A stretch of DNA of 63,389 nt, the filler included, from Perkinsus chesapeaki ATCC PRA-425 (taxonomy: Eukaryota > Protista > Perkinsozoa): assembly GCA_013115145.1 (NCBI GenBank). It is 9 parts of 9 records of this genome, joined end to end, with 100 filler letters (N's around TTAATTAATTAA, not from the genome) between each part and the next. Parts side by side here need not be neighbours in the genome. Positions count along the whole stretch, not along the records: positions 35,270 to 39,507 come from JAAPAO010001290.1; positions 39,608 to 52,325 come from JAAPAO010000805.1; positions 52,426 to 56,540 come from JAAPAO010001318.1; 6 more parts are not named here. One strand, given 5' to 3'. Under the pieces are notes generated by a model that saw nothing but the letters and a program-made list of their open reading frames with translations, ran no database searches and had not been told where the DNA came from. Positions 35,270 through 53,749 of this stretch are shown one piece after another. The first letter of the stretch is position 1. The number at the start of each line of letters is the position of its first letter. The translations under genes were made by a program, and so were the position numbers.

Positions 35270-38200
35270 TATTATCGCCGTGGTCTTCTCTCTGGTTATG
35301 CTGATGTAGCAAACAAGCATTATGCCTCAATTTTATATGCTCCCGAATTAGCCTGTGAAGTAGATAGGTATTGTCGTATGAACCATATAAGAGTTGTTGG
35401 TCCTACGCCCAATCGGCGGACTAATGATAATAAGTCCAATACTTTGTCCGATTCTACTCCTGGTTTTATGTTAACTCCTAAAGAGTTTGAATATGTTCGT
35501 GCCAATCGGATATGTTTTTCATTTGCTAAATATGGCTCTTGTAATCGTGATGAATGCGCGTTTAAACATGTGTCTCAGTCTCAGGTCAAAGAGGCTGTTG
35601 CGTCAACTCCCGAAGTTGCTGGTCCATTGTCGACATCTAAAACTTCGCCCTCTACTGATTCGACTTTGACGACTCATAAAGTATGTCATGACTCCACAGA
35701 GCAGAAGCGAACTCTCAGGAGTTATGACCTTGGTGACTTGTTCATCGAGATCGACACTGGCTGCAGCACATCTATAATTTCGTCTCATGCCTTCGAAGTC
35801 CTGTCGGAGTCCAATTTGGTTCGCGATGTTGTGAGCGTTGATCAATCATTTAGTACTGCGTCCGGTCCTAATGCTTTACACGCAAACAAGCGTGCTTATG
35901 TAGAAATATCGGTGTATGATATTAATAATGTGGCACATAAGCTGGTTTGGCAACCTTATGTGGTCAATTCGGTAATACCTCAATGTGACGGGTTATTCGG
36001 CAAAGATGTGTTATTATTCGGTGACAGAGGCTTGGAAATTTTATTGGCAGATGGTGCGTATGATCTGGCCCTTTTTTGGTGTTCACGCACTGATGTTATC
36101 GAGTGCCAATTTACGTCACCAGTGTCATCCCCAGATACGTCGGTCAGTTCATTAGGCGAAGATGGTAATGATGTTTTATCCGACGGTGCTATGACATTGC
36201 AAGCTGATATAGATGTCCCGGACTTCACGACAACAACCTACAAACTTCCTGATGATCCTATAGATCACGTGATTTATGATGGTGTTTGGTATAGGATAAG
36301 TGTTCAGCGGAAAGGAGATGGTTCCCGCTATTTTCTCTGTGACTTTTCCACGGAGTTTGGTGAGTGGTTGGACCTNNNNNNNNNNNNNNNNNNNNNNNNN
36401 NNNNNNNNNNNNNNNNNNNNNNNNNNNNNNNNNNNNNNNNNNNNNNNNNNNNNNNNNNNNNNNNNNNNNNACTCTCTACCAATGTCGCCGGTACCGAAGG
36501 TACACTGGAAGTGGGCTAAAGCCGAAGATATCTGCCGTAAAGAATGCACTACGCAATTGGAGAAGTTCGTGACCGGTAAGAAGCTCGTTCCTGTGCAACA
36601 TGTGCGCAAGAATCTGTTTCGTAGCAATTTTTATGGTGTTGCGGGTCGGAAAAGACATCGTGTGGTTACGCCTCTATTGCAGCTTAATAATGCTCTACGC
36701 CCTGCTATCACTAAGTACAAATTGCCTAATCCTCAAGGTCGCATCACTGCAGTAATGCACAGACTGCGCTGTGCAGAATGCGCTTATTTGTTGGATGTGC
36801 GCGATGCGTACATGTGTATACGATGTGGTGAAGTGATGGCCAGTAAGCTGGAAATTTGGTGGTATCACAGTGGTTTTTCCGTATGGAGATTTTTATATTT
36901 AATATATGGGAGCTCGGTGGCTCCACTAACCCTGGAGTTATGTATGGCGTATTTGGAACTCCGTTGCCCAAAGCCACTTCCTTGTAATGGTTTACCCAAA
37001 CCGGCTACTTTCATGGATGATATTGTACGACCTTGCCATATTACTGCTGACTCTAACGTGTGTGATGATACTATAGCTGTTTATGCTAACCATCAATTTA
37101 CACTTACTAATGACCGTTTATGTTCGGATCGATATGTAACGGCATTGGGTACTAATGTTTCTCTCGATTCTATTACTTACCGCCAAGACAAGTATGCGAC
37201 TGTCTGCGAGCTTGTTCTTCCCGATACTATATCCTATCGTCGTGGTTTAGAGGTCCTTGGATTGATAATTAACGAACCTGATTTACTTGGTCTGCATATT
37301 CTTCCGGTAAAACATGCTCTTGTTGGTTTACTGTCCCATTGGCGACATATGAATGATGCGAAATGGGATCAACCGGTTCCTTTAACTTTGTTCGACCTTA
37401 TAAGAGAATGGCTTAGTTTAGTAGCCCTCTCACCACTACCTGTAGTTCCAAGACGTATTGATATGACTGCTGCATTTGATGTGTATACTGATTCGTCCAG
37501 ATCGTTACAATGTTATCAAATCTTTCAAACAAGTAATGTACCAATAATGTGTGAACAATTCACAATAAGTGCCTCTGAATCTCATTTTCATATTAATGTA
37601 CTTGAACTGTCGTCGGTTTGGCGAGCTCTTACTCGATTACAATTGCTCTGTTTGGATACTGCTTTATCCATAACATCTGTAGTTACAGTTCATGTAGATT
37701 CTAAAACTGCACTCAGTATTCTTTGTAGTCATCGTGTCCCGAGGGGACCTTTCCAAGCTTTGTATCAGAAGTATTTAGATTTGATCCAAATTGCTGGGCT
37801 CGGGCTCCACTTGCAATATGTGTATGTTGCATCGAAGGAGAATCCTGCGGATGCAGGTACTAGATGCGAGTTATTGGGTAGAATCCATTCAGTACGCGCT
37901 CAACTTGCTGATAATTCCCAAGAAGATGAACAGGTTATGGCGGTTCGACGACGCTCAGAATTCGATGATGATAACGAGTCTCCTTTGGTACGACGGTCTG
38001 CCCGACTTGCTAAAAAGCGACGAACTGATGAAACTGATATCGCAGAAGATATNNNNNNNNNNNNNNNNNNNNNNNNNNNNNNNNNNNNNNNNNNNNNNNN
38101 NNNNNNNNNNNNNNNNNNNNNNNNNNNNNNNNNNNNNNNNNNNNNNNNNNGTCGTGATGAAGATGACGAGGTCAACAACAAAGATGCTTTGGTAGATGAG

Positions 38201-39346
38201 GATGAGATCTTGTTCAACTATATTAGACCCGATTATGATTTTGTACCATTGGCTTTATTTGATGATGACCTTCCGGCACCAATGTACCTATCAGATTTGA
38301 ATGGTTATATAACTAACATTGAGATTGTTGATGTCACTGATCCAGCCCAACAATTACGTCTGGCCTCTATTGGGCATAATGTTGCTCACGAGTCTGATGA
38401 TATTGTGTGTGATCGACTAAGGAAGTTTTATCGATGGCCAAATATGAAAGCTACTATAACCAAGGCTGCTCAACTCTGTGAACCTTGTAATCGTACCAAG
38501 ACTCGTCCTAACGATTGCAAGTTCAAACAAATTCCTCATGTTCCAAGATTGGTTCCTATTCCTTTTCATAAAGTGGGCATGGATGGTCTAGGTCCTTATG
38601 GTTCGGTATATGTACTCACGTTAACCGACTATTTTACAGGTTATATAATGGTTCGGGTGACGATGGGTGCCCCTAAAACCCATGATGTTCGTCAGCTAAT
38701 AAATCATGTTTATCGGGTATTTGGTATGTTTCCGAGAATTGTGAGATCTGATAATGCTTCGATTTTCCAATCTGCTGCTAAGGACTTTCCTGGATTATGG
38801 ACGTTCAGCCCAATTCATGGAAGCCCTTCTAATGGCTTGGCTGAGAGACGACATCGGGATATAAATCAAAAGCTACGACGACTTATGCTACAAGGAGTTG
38901 CTGGCACTGATCTTATTAGTTGGTGTGATATATTAGATAAAGTATGCGGCGAGATGAATAATGCGCCTGTTAAGCGAGCTAAAGGCTTATCCCCTACTGA
39001 TGTGCTTATGTATTATCCGTGTACTAACCTTCTGACTGGAACTAATCGTCAGCAAGATCCTGATCGGCATGTTGTTTGGTCTAATTATAGGGCGGATTCG
39101 CTAAAGACGAATGCCCAAAGAATTGCTGTGGCACATCAACAGTTGAAAATTGGTCAACAAGTAATGGCACGGATTAGCCAACCCAATTCTAAGTTGTCTC
39201 CACGTTATAACCCAGCGGTGATAACTCGTATTTTGGGCCCTAATCGTGTAGAATTAGATAACGGGTCGGTTGTTCATTCCCGCGATTTGAAGATTCTACA
39301 ATCATTACTTGTTGAAGAAGTTGAAGATGATGTTGAAGAAGAATAA
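35270..39346 (+). mobile_element. LTR retrotransposon gag-pol (PR-RT-RNaseH-integrase order), 5'-truncated by the contig edge, two internal N gaps
   Basis: Protease DTG; RT LDVRDAY..FMDD; RNase H VYTDSS/HINVLEL/VHVDS/NPAD; integrase H-x3-H..CxxC, GMDGLGP, SDN, NGLAER. Frame is open from the contig start. Confidence 0.93.
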
Positions 39347-39370
39347 TGTTTTTGTAATTGTTTTCTCTTC

Positions 39371-39507
39371 AAGGGGAGGGAGATGTGATTGTGTTGGCAC
39401 ACAATCCGCTGTCTCCTTTTACAAGAGCTAGGCTAAGTGCAGAGTTTTACTATTGTTTGTATAAAACAGGTATCTTTATTTACAGGTGTCGAGTTCCTGT
39501 GATAACA
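39371..39507 (+). mobile_element. Polypurine tract (39371-39383) and 3' LTR (39384-39507, TGT..ACA; may be cut by the contig end)
   Basis: AAGGGGAGGGAGA directly before TGTGATTG; identical sequence occurs in reverse at 59609-59680. Confidence 0.85.
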
Positions 39508-39607
39508 NNNNNNNNNNNNNNNNNNNNNNNNNNNNNNNNNNNNNNNNNNNNTTAATTAATTAANNNNNNNNNNNNNNNNNNNNNNNNNNNNNNNNNNNNN
39601 NNNNNNN

Positions 39608-39680
39608 TGATAGGAAATATGTTACTAGTGATACAGAGGAGGAGATATAATAGAAAGGAGTTTGATAGGAAATATGTTAC
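39608..39680. repeat. 55-bp tandem minisatellite (same family as 1-69)
   Basis: TGATAGGAAATATGTTAC repeated at 55-nt period. Confidence 0.85.
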
Positions 39681-39692
39681 CAGTTCGGGCAA

Positions 39693-45994
<6,302 letters not shown>

Positions 45995-46088
45995 TTTCAT
46001 ACCGCTCTTTTCTCTGATCATGCCTCTGTTCCTTTGTCACTGTCATCATCGTCGGCCTTAAAGGCTACTATTAATAAATCGATTAATC

Positions 46089-46102
46089 GGGCGCGCGCTT
46101 TT
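46089..46102 (+). promoter_or_regulatory. Fourth copy of the GGGCG[A/C]GCGCTTT motif
   Basis: GGGCGCGCGCTTTT preceded by AATCGAT, between the CDPK 3' end and the next gene. Confidence 0.55.
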
Positions 46103-46609
46103 GACTTGAGCCGCTGCCTGTGTTGTTGTGGTTTATAACATTCCTCTGTTATATACATGATAACTTATGTTCCTACTGTGTTAGCGGAGCGAAGCGATTA
46201 TTGTTTGCCATTTTTCGTATTGGAAATTTTGTTGGTCGGTTTTGACCAGGTAAGAACGCAGACAATTCGGTTTCTTTCCTCCACTACTTTTCAAGGGCTA
46301 TAAACGCCTTTGGAAATAATATTCTTCGGTCACTGTCGGTCCGGAGAGTGCGGCAGTGATAGAGCATCATTCGTATAGAAAGTTGTTACGTCAGAAGGTA
46401 ACTCGATTATCTCTGATTACACTGTGGGCATGCGTGCATACCGCTCCTTTCTCAAATCCTACTACATGGTTGTGCCCATTCGGTTATATATTTGTTATCG
46501 TCATCAGTTTTGGGCTTGTCGATAATTTACCCAGATTGTGGTTGTTGTATCGATTAAGTTCAATACTTGTAAATTAGCGTCTCATTCCTACTTTCCTTCC
46601 TAATAGTTG

Positions 46610-49600
46610 ATGATGATAGCAATATTACAGTTTGTGCCAAATTGTGTTGGTAAATAGTCGGCTTGTTCAGCCTTCAGCAGCGTCTCTGTGGCCACCACTG
46701 ACAGCGCTGCTGTGGTTGATCAGGTCTCTGGCCACGAGAGTGCCACCGTTCATTTCGAGGATAGTTTAGAAAAGTTTGGTATGACAGTACCGTCGACTCC
46801 GCAACCGTCCTTGCCGATCGATCGAGTAGCTTCATCGTCATCAGCGGACTCGCCGACAGACGCGCTTTTGAGAGATCTGAGAATCCATGAGAAAACTGGC
46901 GATATGACACCCGCAGCGGCGCTGGCGTTTTCTCATCACGGCGTGGAGGCGCACCACGGCGTGAATGACGGAGGCAGCAGCACGCCCATGATGGTCACAA
47001 CGCCACGGATGAGACTTCGGAGCAATGGAAGTGAACAGGAGCTTCTGGGGGCGGCGGTGGCACCAAGTACAGTGAGACCGAAGAGGATAACGAGGATACA
47101 TAGCATGCCATCTGAATCGTAAGGGAAGGGACATTCGACAAAAATGCGGTATGAAAGCGTTTACGTATTTCGTTTTTCTTATTTTTTCACTTTCTTTCCC
47201 CAGTTTTTCCAATTTTTTCCCCATTTTTTTCTTTTTTTTCCAATTTTTCCAATTTTTGTTATTTTTTTTCATTTTCATCTTCCTACCTTCACGTTTCCTC
47301 ATTTTTCTTCCCTCCTTCATACCCTACTAATCCCTTAAATAAATACTGTCTCGTTAATATTTTCCTGCGGTTCATTCTGAAGAGAGGGAGATTTGTGTGA
47401 ATTTGTGTCTGGTTTCGGTTGCTATAGCGGTTTGTTGAACTCATTCGTTGGTAGACAATATTTCGGTGCAATTTTCTGCTACGAAATGTGAAATGATTTC
47501 CTCTGTGGAGAAGTATCGTAACTTCTTTCGACTCAGCGGAATTCATTTTCGGTCGCTTCCGTCCTTGCTTTGCGATTCCTCCACCAGAAACTCTCGCTAA
47601 GATCGTTCGGAAAATTTCCTAAAATATTCCAACTATAAGTTTGATAATTGTTGTATTTTAAAATGTATCGTTTTGTTAGGTATAATGTTTACCAAGCTCC
47701 TATGTTCCATCAATTGGTGTTGAAACCATTCTATCAAAGGCACCCGATCTCGAACGTTGTTATGGGCCTCGTTATGGGCACGTCGACGTAAGCAAGGAAG
47801 GCCCTTATGCAGAAATTTTGTGGAAAATTTCGGGAAAATCTGTATTTTTTGTGTCTACTGTTACATTGTTGATTCTTTTTTGCGAAATTTTCGAAAATCG
47901 CTGAAATCACCTCTCCATTCCAAGATGATCCTTGGGCGCTCTCTGCAACTCCCCTGTGTTGAGTTGCGTTTTCAGATACGCTCGAACAAGCATTCGCGAG
48001 GGTGTTGGTAAAATAATAAGATTCCCTCATCTGCACTGTGGAGGATTCATATTTATACCAAATCCAAAGTTCCACGAGGATCCGATCACGGTTGCTGTGA
48101 TGGCGAATAATTTGCGAGAAGGTCGAGGTAGGCAGCTTGTAGTTGATATGATGATTCTTGGACCACGAAAATTTGTAAAGTTCTCGCTCGAATCGGTGAT
48201 CTTTTTTGACTGGTTTGGTCGGCTTGACGCTTGAACCAACAGCACTGTGTGAAGGGGACAGCTTTCGGTCACTCAGTAGTACCGAAGTTTCGTATTGTGT
48301 TACTCCGACCGAGAAGCAATGTATGGAGAGGAAGGCAGCCTTTCGGATTCGGTTATGTCAGGTTTTGAGACTGGCTCCTTTCGGTTTGTCGTTTGGTGGA
48401 TACCTGAGGAACTCTGGTCAAATGTGGAAGAGTGGGTGGATAAGGCAAGCGAGGAGAGGACCTCCGACATAGCAGCAGCATCAGCTGGTAAGAATTATGT
48501 GGCGCGCGGTCATTTATGGTGTTGGTGCATGATCTCATGAAGTGCCTTATGGATATTGGCAGGCGCACCAAATTCAATGGAAATTTCATCGCGAGAAATC
48601 GTAGTGTTTTGGTGTCTACAGTGTTTCTAACAGACATTGTTGTTTAATAGACATATAACTGGACATATTTTGACATGATCATTTCATCCAGATTTGATAG
48701 GTATTAGTAGCGCATCACCGTGTCCATTTTTACTGTGTACTAAATCCTCTTTAGGTGTTGCACGTGAAAATTGTAGCTCGGAGAGATTGAGTGATTATGA
48801 CGTAAGTGGTTTTGGCAGGCATGTCAGGCTTACAAATGGTATTGTTAGTTTTCTGGTATTAATTCATTTGACGATATTCCAACACCAGTCGGCGCGCCCG
48901 GTGATTTCCGGTTCAGTGACGTGCCTAAGCCTGGTGATGATAGGTAGGTCGGTTCAGAGCGGAAATGGAAGTCCATGGCAATCTTCTGTGCAAGAAATCA
49001 TATTTTCGGCTCCTTTAGTGGCGGCAGCACTCTGTTACGATTTTCGGCTGATAGTCGCATCGGTGGTGCATTGAGATATTTTTGATGGGGATAGTTGTCC
49101 GGTTTACCTTTACTGTAGCTAGGAGCATCGGGTAGCGTGGGTCTATTTAAACTGGCGGTAATTAGGTTTATTAAGTCTTATTTACGATAAGTGTTGTCTG
49201 GTGGAGATCTTAGTTAATTTAAATTAATAACGCTCTTCAACTTACAATGCCTTGTAGCCTAGTAGTTTGCCGATAGACAGTCGAAGGTTAAAACGGTAGC
49301 TTGGGTATTTCTCGTGAGTATCCCCCTTTGGTTTTCTTGTGTGAATGAATTATCCTTCTTTTATAATTATCAGTTATCTTCATACATATCGAGATCTCGA
49401 TTCTCCTGTCCATGCGGAAATGCTTCGGCTCCTGCTTGATGAGTGCCAGCAATTTTTGGTGTCCTTGTTGGGAGATCAATTCATTAGCGGAGCGAAGCTC
49501 AGTATGGGTTTTCACTATCCTGTCCGAACGCAGTATTCGACACTGCATATGCAGGTGAGGAAGGGTTGATATTTAGAGAGCGAATCTTTGGTTGAAGCGT

Positions 49601-51569
49601 GCATCGATGACCTTGTTTTTATTTGCTGAATAGCCAGAAACATACATAGTGGTTCGGCGCAAACTGCAGAAGATCGTTCTCAAAGACGCCCTTTGAAAAT
49701 GTGGGGACACGAAAATATGCACTTACCCACGTTTCGAGCTTGTTAGTATTTTGAGGTGCGGCAGCCACTTCAGACCCCCTCGAGATCTACTTCCCTCCAC
49801 GGAGTTCAGAACCACGTGGTTGATGAACTATGCCGTGTGTGGTTCTTCTATTCGGTTGGCCGTATAGTGATCGTTTTTAGAGGCGCTCACGGCATTTTTC
49901 CAAGTTTTGCGATCACGTCTTGCATGGTTTTGTGTGCTGTAGGGCCACTTTGGCACCCTAGAATGGTAAGCGGTGTAAAATCAATATCGTTGTTTTTTGC
50001 TTAACCTTGTTTGATGAGGATATTTAACCCATTATAAAGAGTTTCTCATTTTGAACCGGAAAAGTTATCCCAAAGAACCTAATTTGCATGAAGATTTGAC
50101 TCGCGCTGTGAAGCACATTTGATCTTCCCATCGTCTATTCTCAGATTCGAATAAATTCTGGTGATGTAGTTAGTCGAGACGGGCGTGGTGTGGCTGCCCA
50201 GCATGTCCTGGCTGTGTTGGAGAGAGACCCGCTGCACTACGCGAGGGATAACATGCCTTTAAGGTGGGACATGCATTTATGACATCATCGAGAAGTATTA
50301 TACAAATACTGCGGAGGGAAACCTTATAACGAGAAATATGCGCGTATGCTATCCTGATAGAAAATTGGAGCAAAAGTTGGTATGGAGCTTTACCTGCGTT
50401 TTTCGGAGCACTTTTTCGGAGCTTGTTTCCTTCAAAGAGAAGAAGCTGGACGAGATCTTCGTCGAGATTTCTCCACTGAGAATTACCAAGATTCAGCGCA
50501 CTGCAGAAGCAGCACTACTTTATTATTCTCAAGTGTCGCTAGGATTCGCCGAAACGTCGGGAAATTTTCCCCGAAATGTTGTCTTCGAGTCTGCTACTGG
50601 AACTGGCGACCATGTTCTGCTTTCAGGTACGAAGTGACGGAGAACATCAAGATGAATTTGCTAGCAGCAGCCGAGTGTGATTCTTACGGGAATCGTGGAG
50701 GAGATCATCGCACCAATCGAGGATCGAGAGGGTATTTCTTCAACTGCGTTGGACTTGGACAGTAAGAAGGCAACTCGCAATCGAGGGCGGTCTCGTAACG
50801 TTTTCCACGTCCCTTTGGTCGCTTTATATCAGCCACAGTGATAGCCCAACTGTATCGGACAGCTGTCGGGCACAGTGCGTCTACATTGAGCATCATTATT
50901 AGAGCTTCATTCTTTAGTGTACAGTAGTAGCTCTAAGAGCTATTAGATCTACTCGAATGCTCATTTAGTAGCTCTATTGCTAATGGAGCTAAGCTGCTGC
51001 TGTACTACCACTAAGACCATCATTATATAATCCTTGTCGGTGTCGTTGCTGGTGTATTTTCCTCGCGTCGTTGCTATGGAGGCTGGGTCATCGCGTTGTG
51101 TATTAGCGATACGCAAGTGACAATATTATAATGCTTGGACTTATAACGTCTGACAATGGGGATTCCGATGGTTTCCCCGCCTAGCTTTTGAAATCGAGCG
51201 GAAAATCGGGACCGTTTTCGAGAAGTCGTTGAATACAACCTAAGGCTGGCTCGGCTTTGATAAGCTCACTTTCATCTTCAGTATCTTGTCTTTACAATTA
51301 AAGTGAGTTGATATGGTATAGAACGTTATATAGATACGAGTTGCTGCTCGGAGGAACTGAGTGTGATGAAGGTGGAGAATATGGATGTGACACCACATCG
51401 ATTAACGTTGGTGAAGCCTCGGAAGAAAGTCCTTGGATGTGCAAAGGCGATGACGATATATTCGAAAGGTGAGTGCATGCTCCTCAGTTGTGGAATGGAT
51501 TTTGAATACCCCTTGGATGATCCGTTGTGCTTTTGGGATCGAGCGACATGGTTTACGGCGTTCGAATGA
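46610..51569 (+). CDS. Large multi-exon gene of unknown function (approximate)
   Basis: Ser/Thr-rich N-terminal exon (46671-47118) and many GT-AG-bounded open segments to ..FWDRATWFTAFE*; no domain recognised. Confidence 0.55.
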
Positions 51570-52425
51570 CGAACAATAATTCTAGGTTGCCACACGTTTG
51601 TTTTAGTGGATATAACAAACCGATGTCCACGATAGCCGAAGGTTCAGTGACAAGTTTAGAAGATTCCTGTCGAGAAGATCACCCTGGAAATCGAGCTTCA
51701 ACCTAAGATACTCCAACTGGGCGAAGTAGCCATTTTTTGTATTCATGTGAATGTATGATGATATTTGCCTTTATTCTCTGCTCGTCTGTTACTGTGTAAT
51801 GGTGACTGCGGCAGACATTCTGTTTAATGTCGTCAATTCTGCCGACGGTGGCAACCACTGAAGATACCGTCTCATTGTTGTTGTTTACTATTATCATATT
51901 GCTAGCCAGTAGCCCTCGCGATTAGTTATGCTATATTAGTACCATTATTATTAAATAAGATTCGTTATTGTTATTATCACTGTCGAAAGCAGTGCCATCC
52001 GGTAGAGCGAAAGTGCTGCGTTGATAGTTAATTGACATCCGCAAAATCAGCGAATGATATAACGAAGATGCGCTTGATTATACACAACGAGGCGTACTGC
52101 GGATTTCGTACTACTTTTGGTGTGATTGCGCCGCATTCGGTGCGTATGACTGCGCATTTGAACATTGGCATGAATCTTACTTCCATGCGATAAAAGTGTC
52201 TCAGTTGTACTGTAGGAGAAAGTTCAATATGAAACATCTACGCAGGTGTGGAATAGAAAGTCTCGTTAGAGGCCAGGGTCAATAGGCGGGTAGGTGGTTC
52301 GAGAGCGGGCGCGCGCGCCCACTGGNNNNNNNNNNNNNNNNNNNNNNNNNNNNNNNNNNNNNNNNNNNNTTAATTAATTAANNNNNNNNNNNNNNNNNNN
52401 NNNNNNNNNNNNNNNNNNNNNNNNN

Positions 52426-52606
52426 TAGTAGCAGTTATCTAATCATAATAACAATATGTTATTATGGTCATAAGACCGTCGTATTTATCATCATTATAAT
52501 AATAACACAATTACTTATTCAGTGAGCTGGGTTTAGTAGCAGTTATCTAATCATAATAACAATATGTTATTATGGTCATAAGACCGTCGTATTTATCATC
52601 ATTATA
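52426..52606. repeat. 73-bp perfect direct repeat, period 108
   Basis: 52426-52498 identical to 52534-52606. Confidence 0.9.
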
Positions 52607-52671
52607 GTTCAATAACATTATTAGTCCCCCCCCCACCACATCCCCCTTACTCTGACAGCTCTTTTATTTTT

Positions 52672-52717
52672 GGGCGAGCGCTTTTTTGAAAACTGATCGA
52701 TTAGACGATCGATAGCC
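52672..52717 (+). promoter_or_regulatory. Candidate ribosomal-protein promoter module (GGGCGAGCGCTTT-N21-CGATCGATAGCC)
   Basis: Collinear with the RPS9 upstream block; ends 34 nt before the RPS3 ATG. Confidence 0.7.
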
Positions 52718-52751
52718 TGTTTCAGGTTTGAATTGGTATCCCCTATCCAAG

Positions 52752-53522
52752 ATGGCAACCGCAGCAAGTCAAAAGCAGGTCTCTAAGAAGCGTAAGTTCG
52801 TCGCCGATGGCGTGTTCTATGCTGAACTTAATGAACTACTTACTACTATATTGGCTGAAGATGGTTATTCTGGTGTAGAAGTACGTGTAACCCCTATTAA
52901 AACTGAGATTATTATACGTGCTACTAGAACACGTGAAGTACTTGGTGAAAAAGGACGTAGGATTAGAGAGTTAACTGCTCTTGTTGAAAGACGTTTTGAT
53001 TTCCCAGAAAACTCTGTTGAACTATTTGCTGAACGTGTTGATAATCGTGCTTTATGTGCTCAAGCTCAAGCCGAATCACTTCGTTATAAGTTATTGGGTG
53101 GTCTACCTGTACGTAGAGCTGCTTATGGTGTATTAAGGTTTGTTATGGAGAATGGTGCTAAAGGTGTTGAAGTTACCGTATCTGGTAAATTACGTGCTCA
53201 ACGTGCTAAGGTTATGAAGTTTGCTGATGGTTATCTTCTATCTACTGGTACACCTAAGGAAATGTATGTTGATCAAGCTATTCGTAATGTTGATATGCGT
53301 CAAGGTATTCTTGGTATTAGAGTTAAGATTATGATGGCTTATGATCCTGAAGGTAAAAGTGGTCCTAAAACACGTTTACCTGATGATATTACTATTCATG
53401 AGCCTAAGGAGGATACAGTCTTCCCAGTTGATACTACCACCCCTACTCAAGAAGAGCAACAAGAGGAGGAGGAGGCTACTACTCAACAGCAAGAGACTGC
53501 TGGTGTTGAGATAACAGCTTAA
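52752..53522 (+). CDS. RPS3: 40S ribosomal protein S3 (uS3), intronless
   Basis: [66 protein letters not shown]. Confidence 0.98.
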   Translation: MATAASQKQVSKKRKFVADGVFYAELNELLTTILAEDGYSGVEVRVTPIKTEIIIRATRTREVLGEKGRRIRELTALVERRFDFPENSVELFAERVDNRALCAQAQAESLRYKLLGGLPVRRAAYGVLRFVMENGAKGVEVTVSGKLRAQRAKVMKFADGYLLSTGTPKEMYVDQAIRNVDMRQGILGIRVKIMMAYDPEGKSGPKTRLPDDITIHEPKEDTVFPVDTTTPTQEEQQEEEEATTQQQETAGVEITA

Positions 53523-53749
53523 ATAGTAGTAATGATGATTATCAATAATGATGGTCGTTGGTGATGATTACAACGCTAATGTTGGTGTTGTTGTTCGTAT
53601 GGCGTTATAACAAGTATATAACCATCATTATAAAGGTCATTGTAGTCATAAGAGACCAATGTCATTGATAAGCCGCTACTTGCTATCCTGCTTCGGGTTA
53701 TTATTATAATTATTGTGTTATTAAAACACTCAATTAAAAACAACAATAA

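Noticed and set aside
36376-38150. Single uninterrupted 1322-aa gag-pol ORF
   Set aside because: Frame continuity across the 95- and 98-N gaps depends on estimated gap sizes; intactness cannot be claimed
52700-52751. Spliced-leader relic or retrogene origin for intronless RPS3 and RPL4
   Set aside because: GATAGCC is only a weak match to the SL (..CCGTAGCCAT..); no poly(A) remnant or TSD; upstream motif shared with intron-containing RPS9
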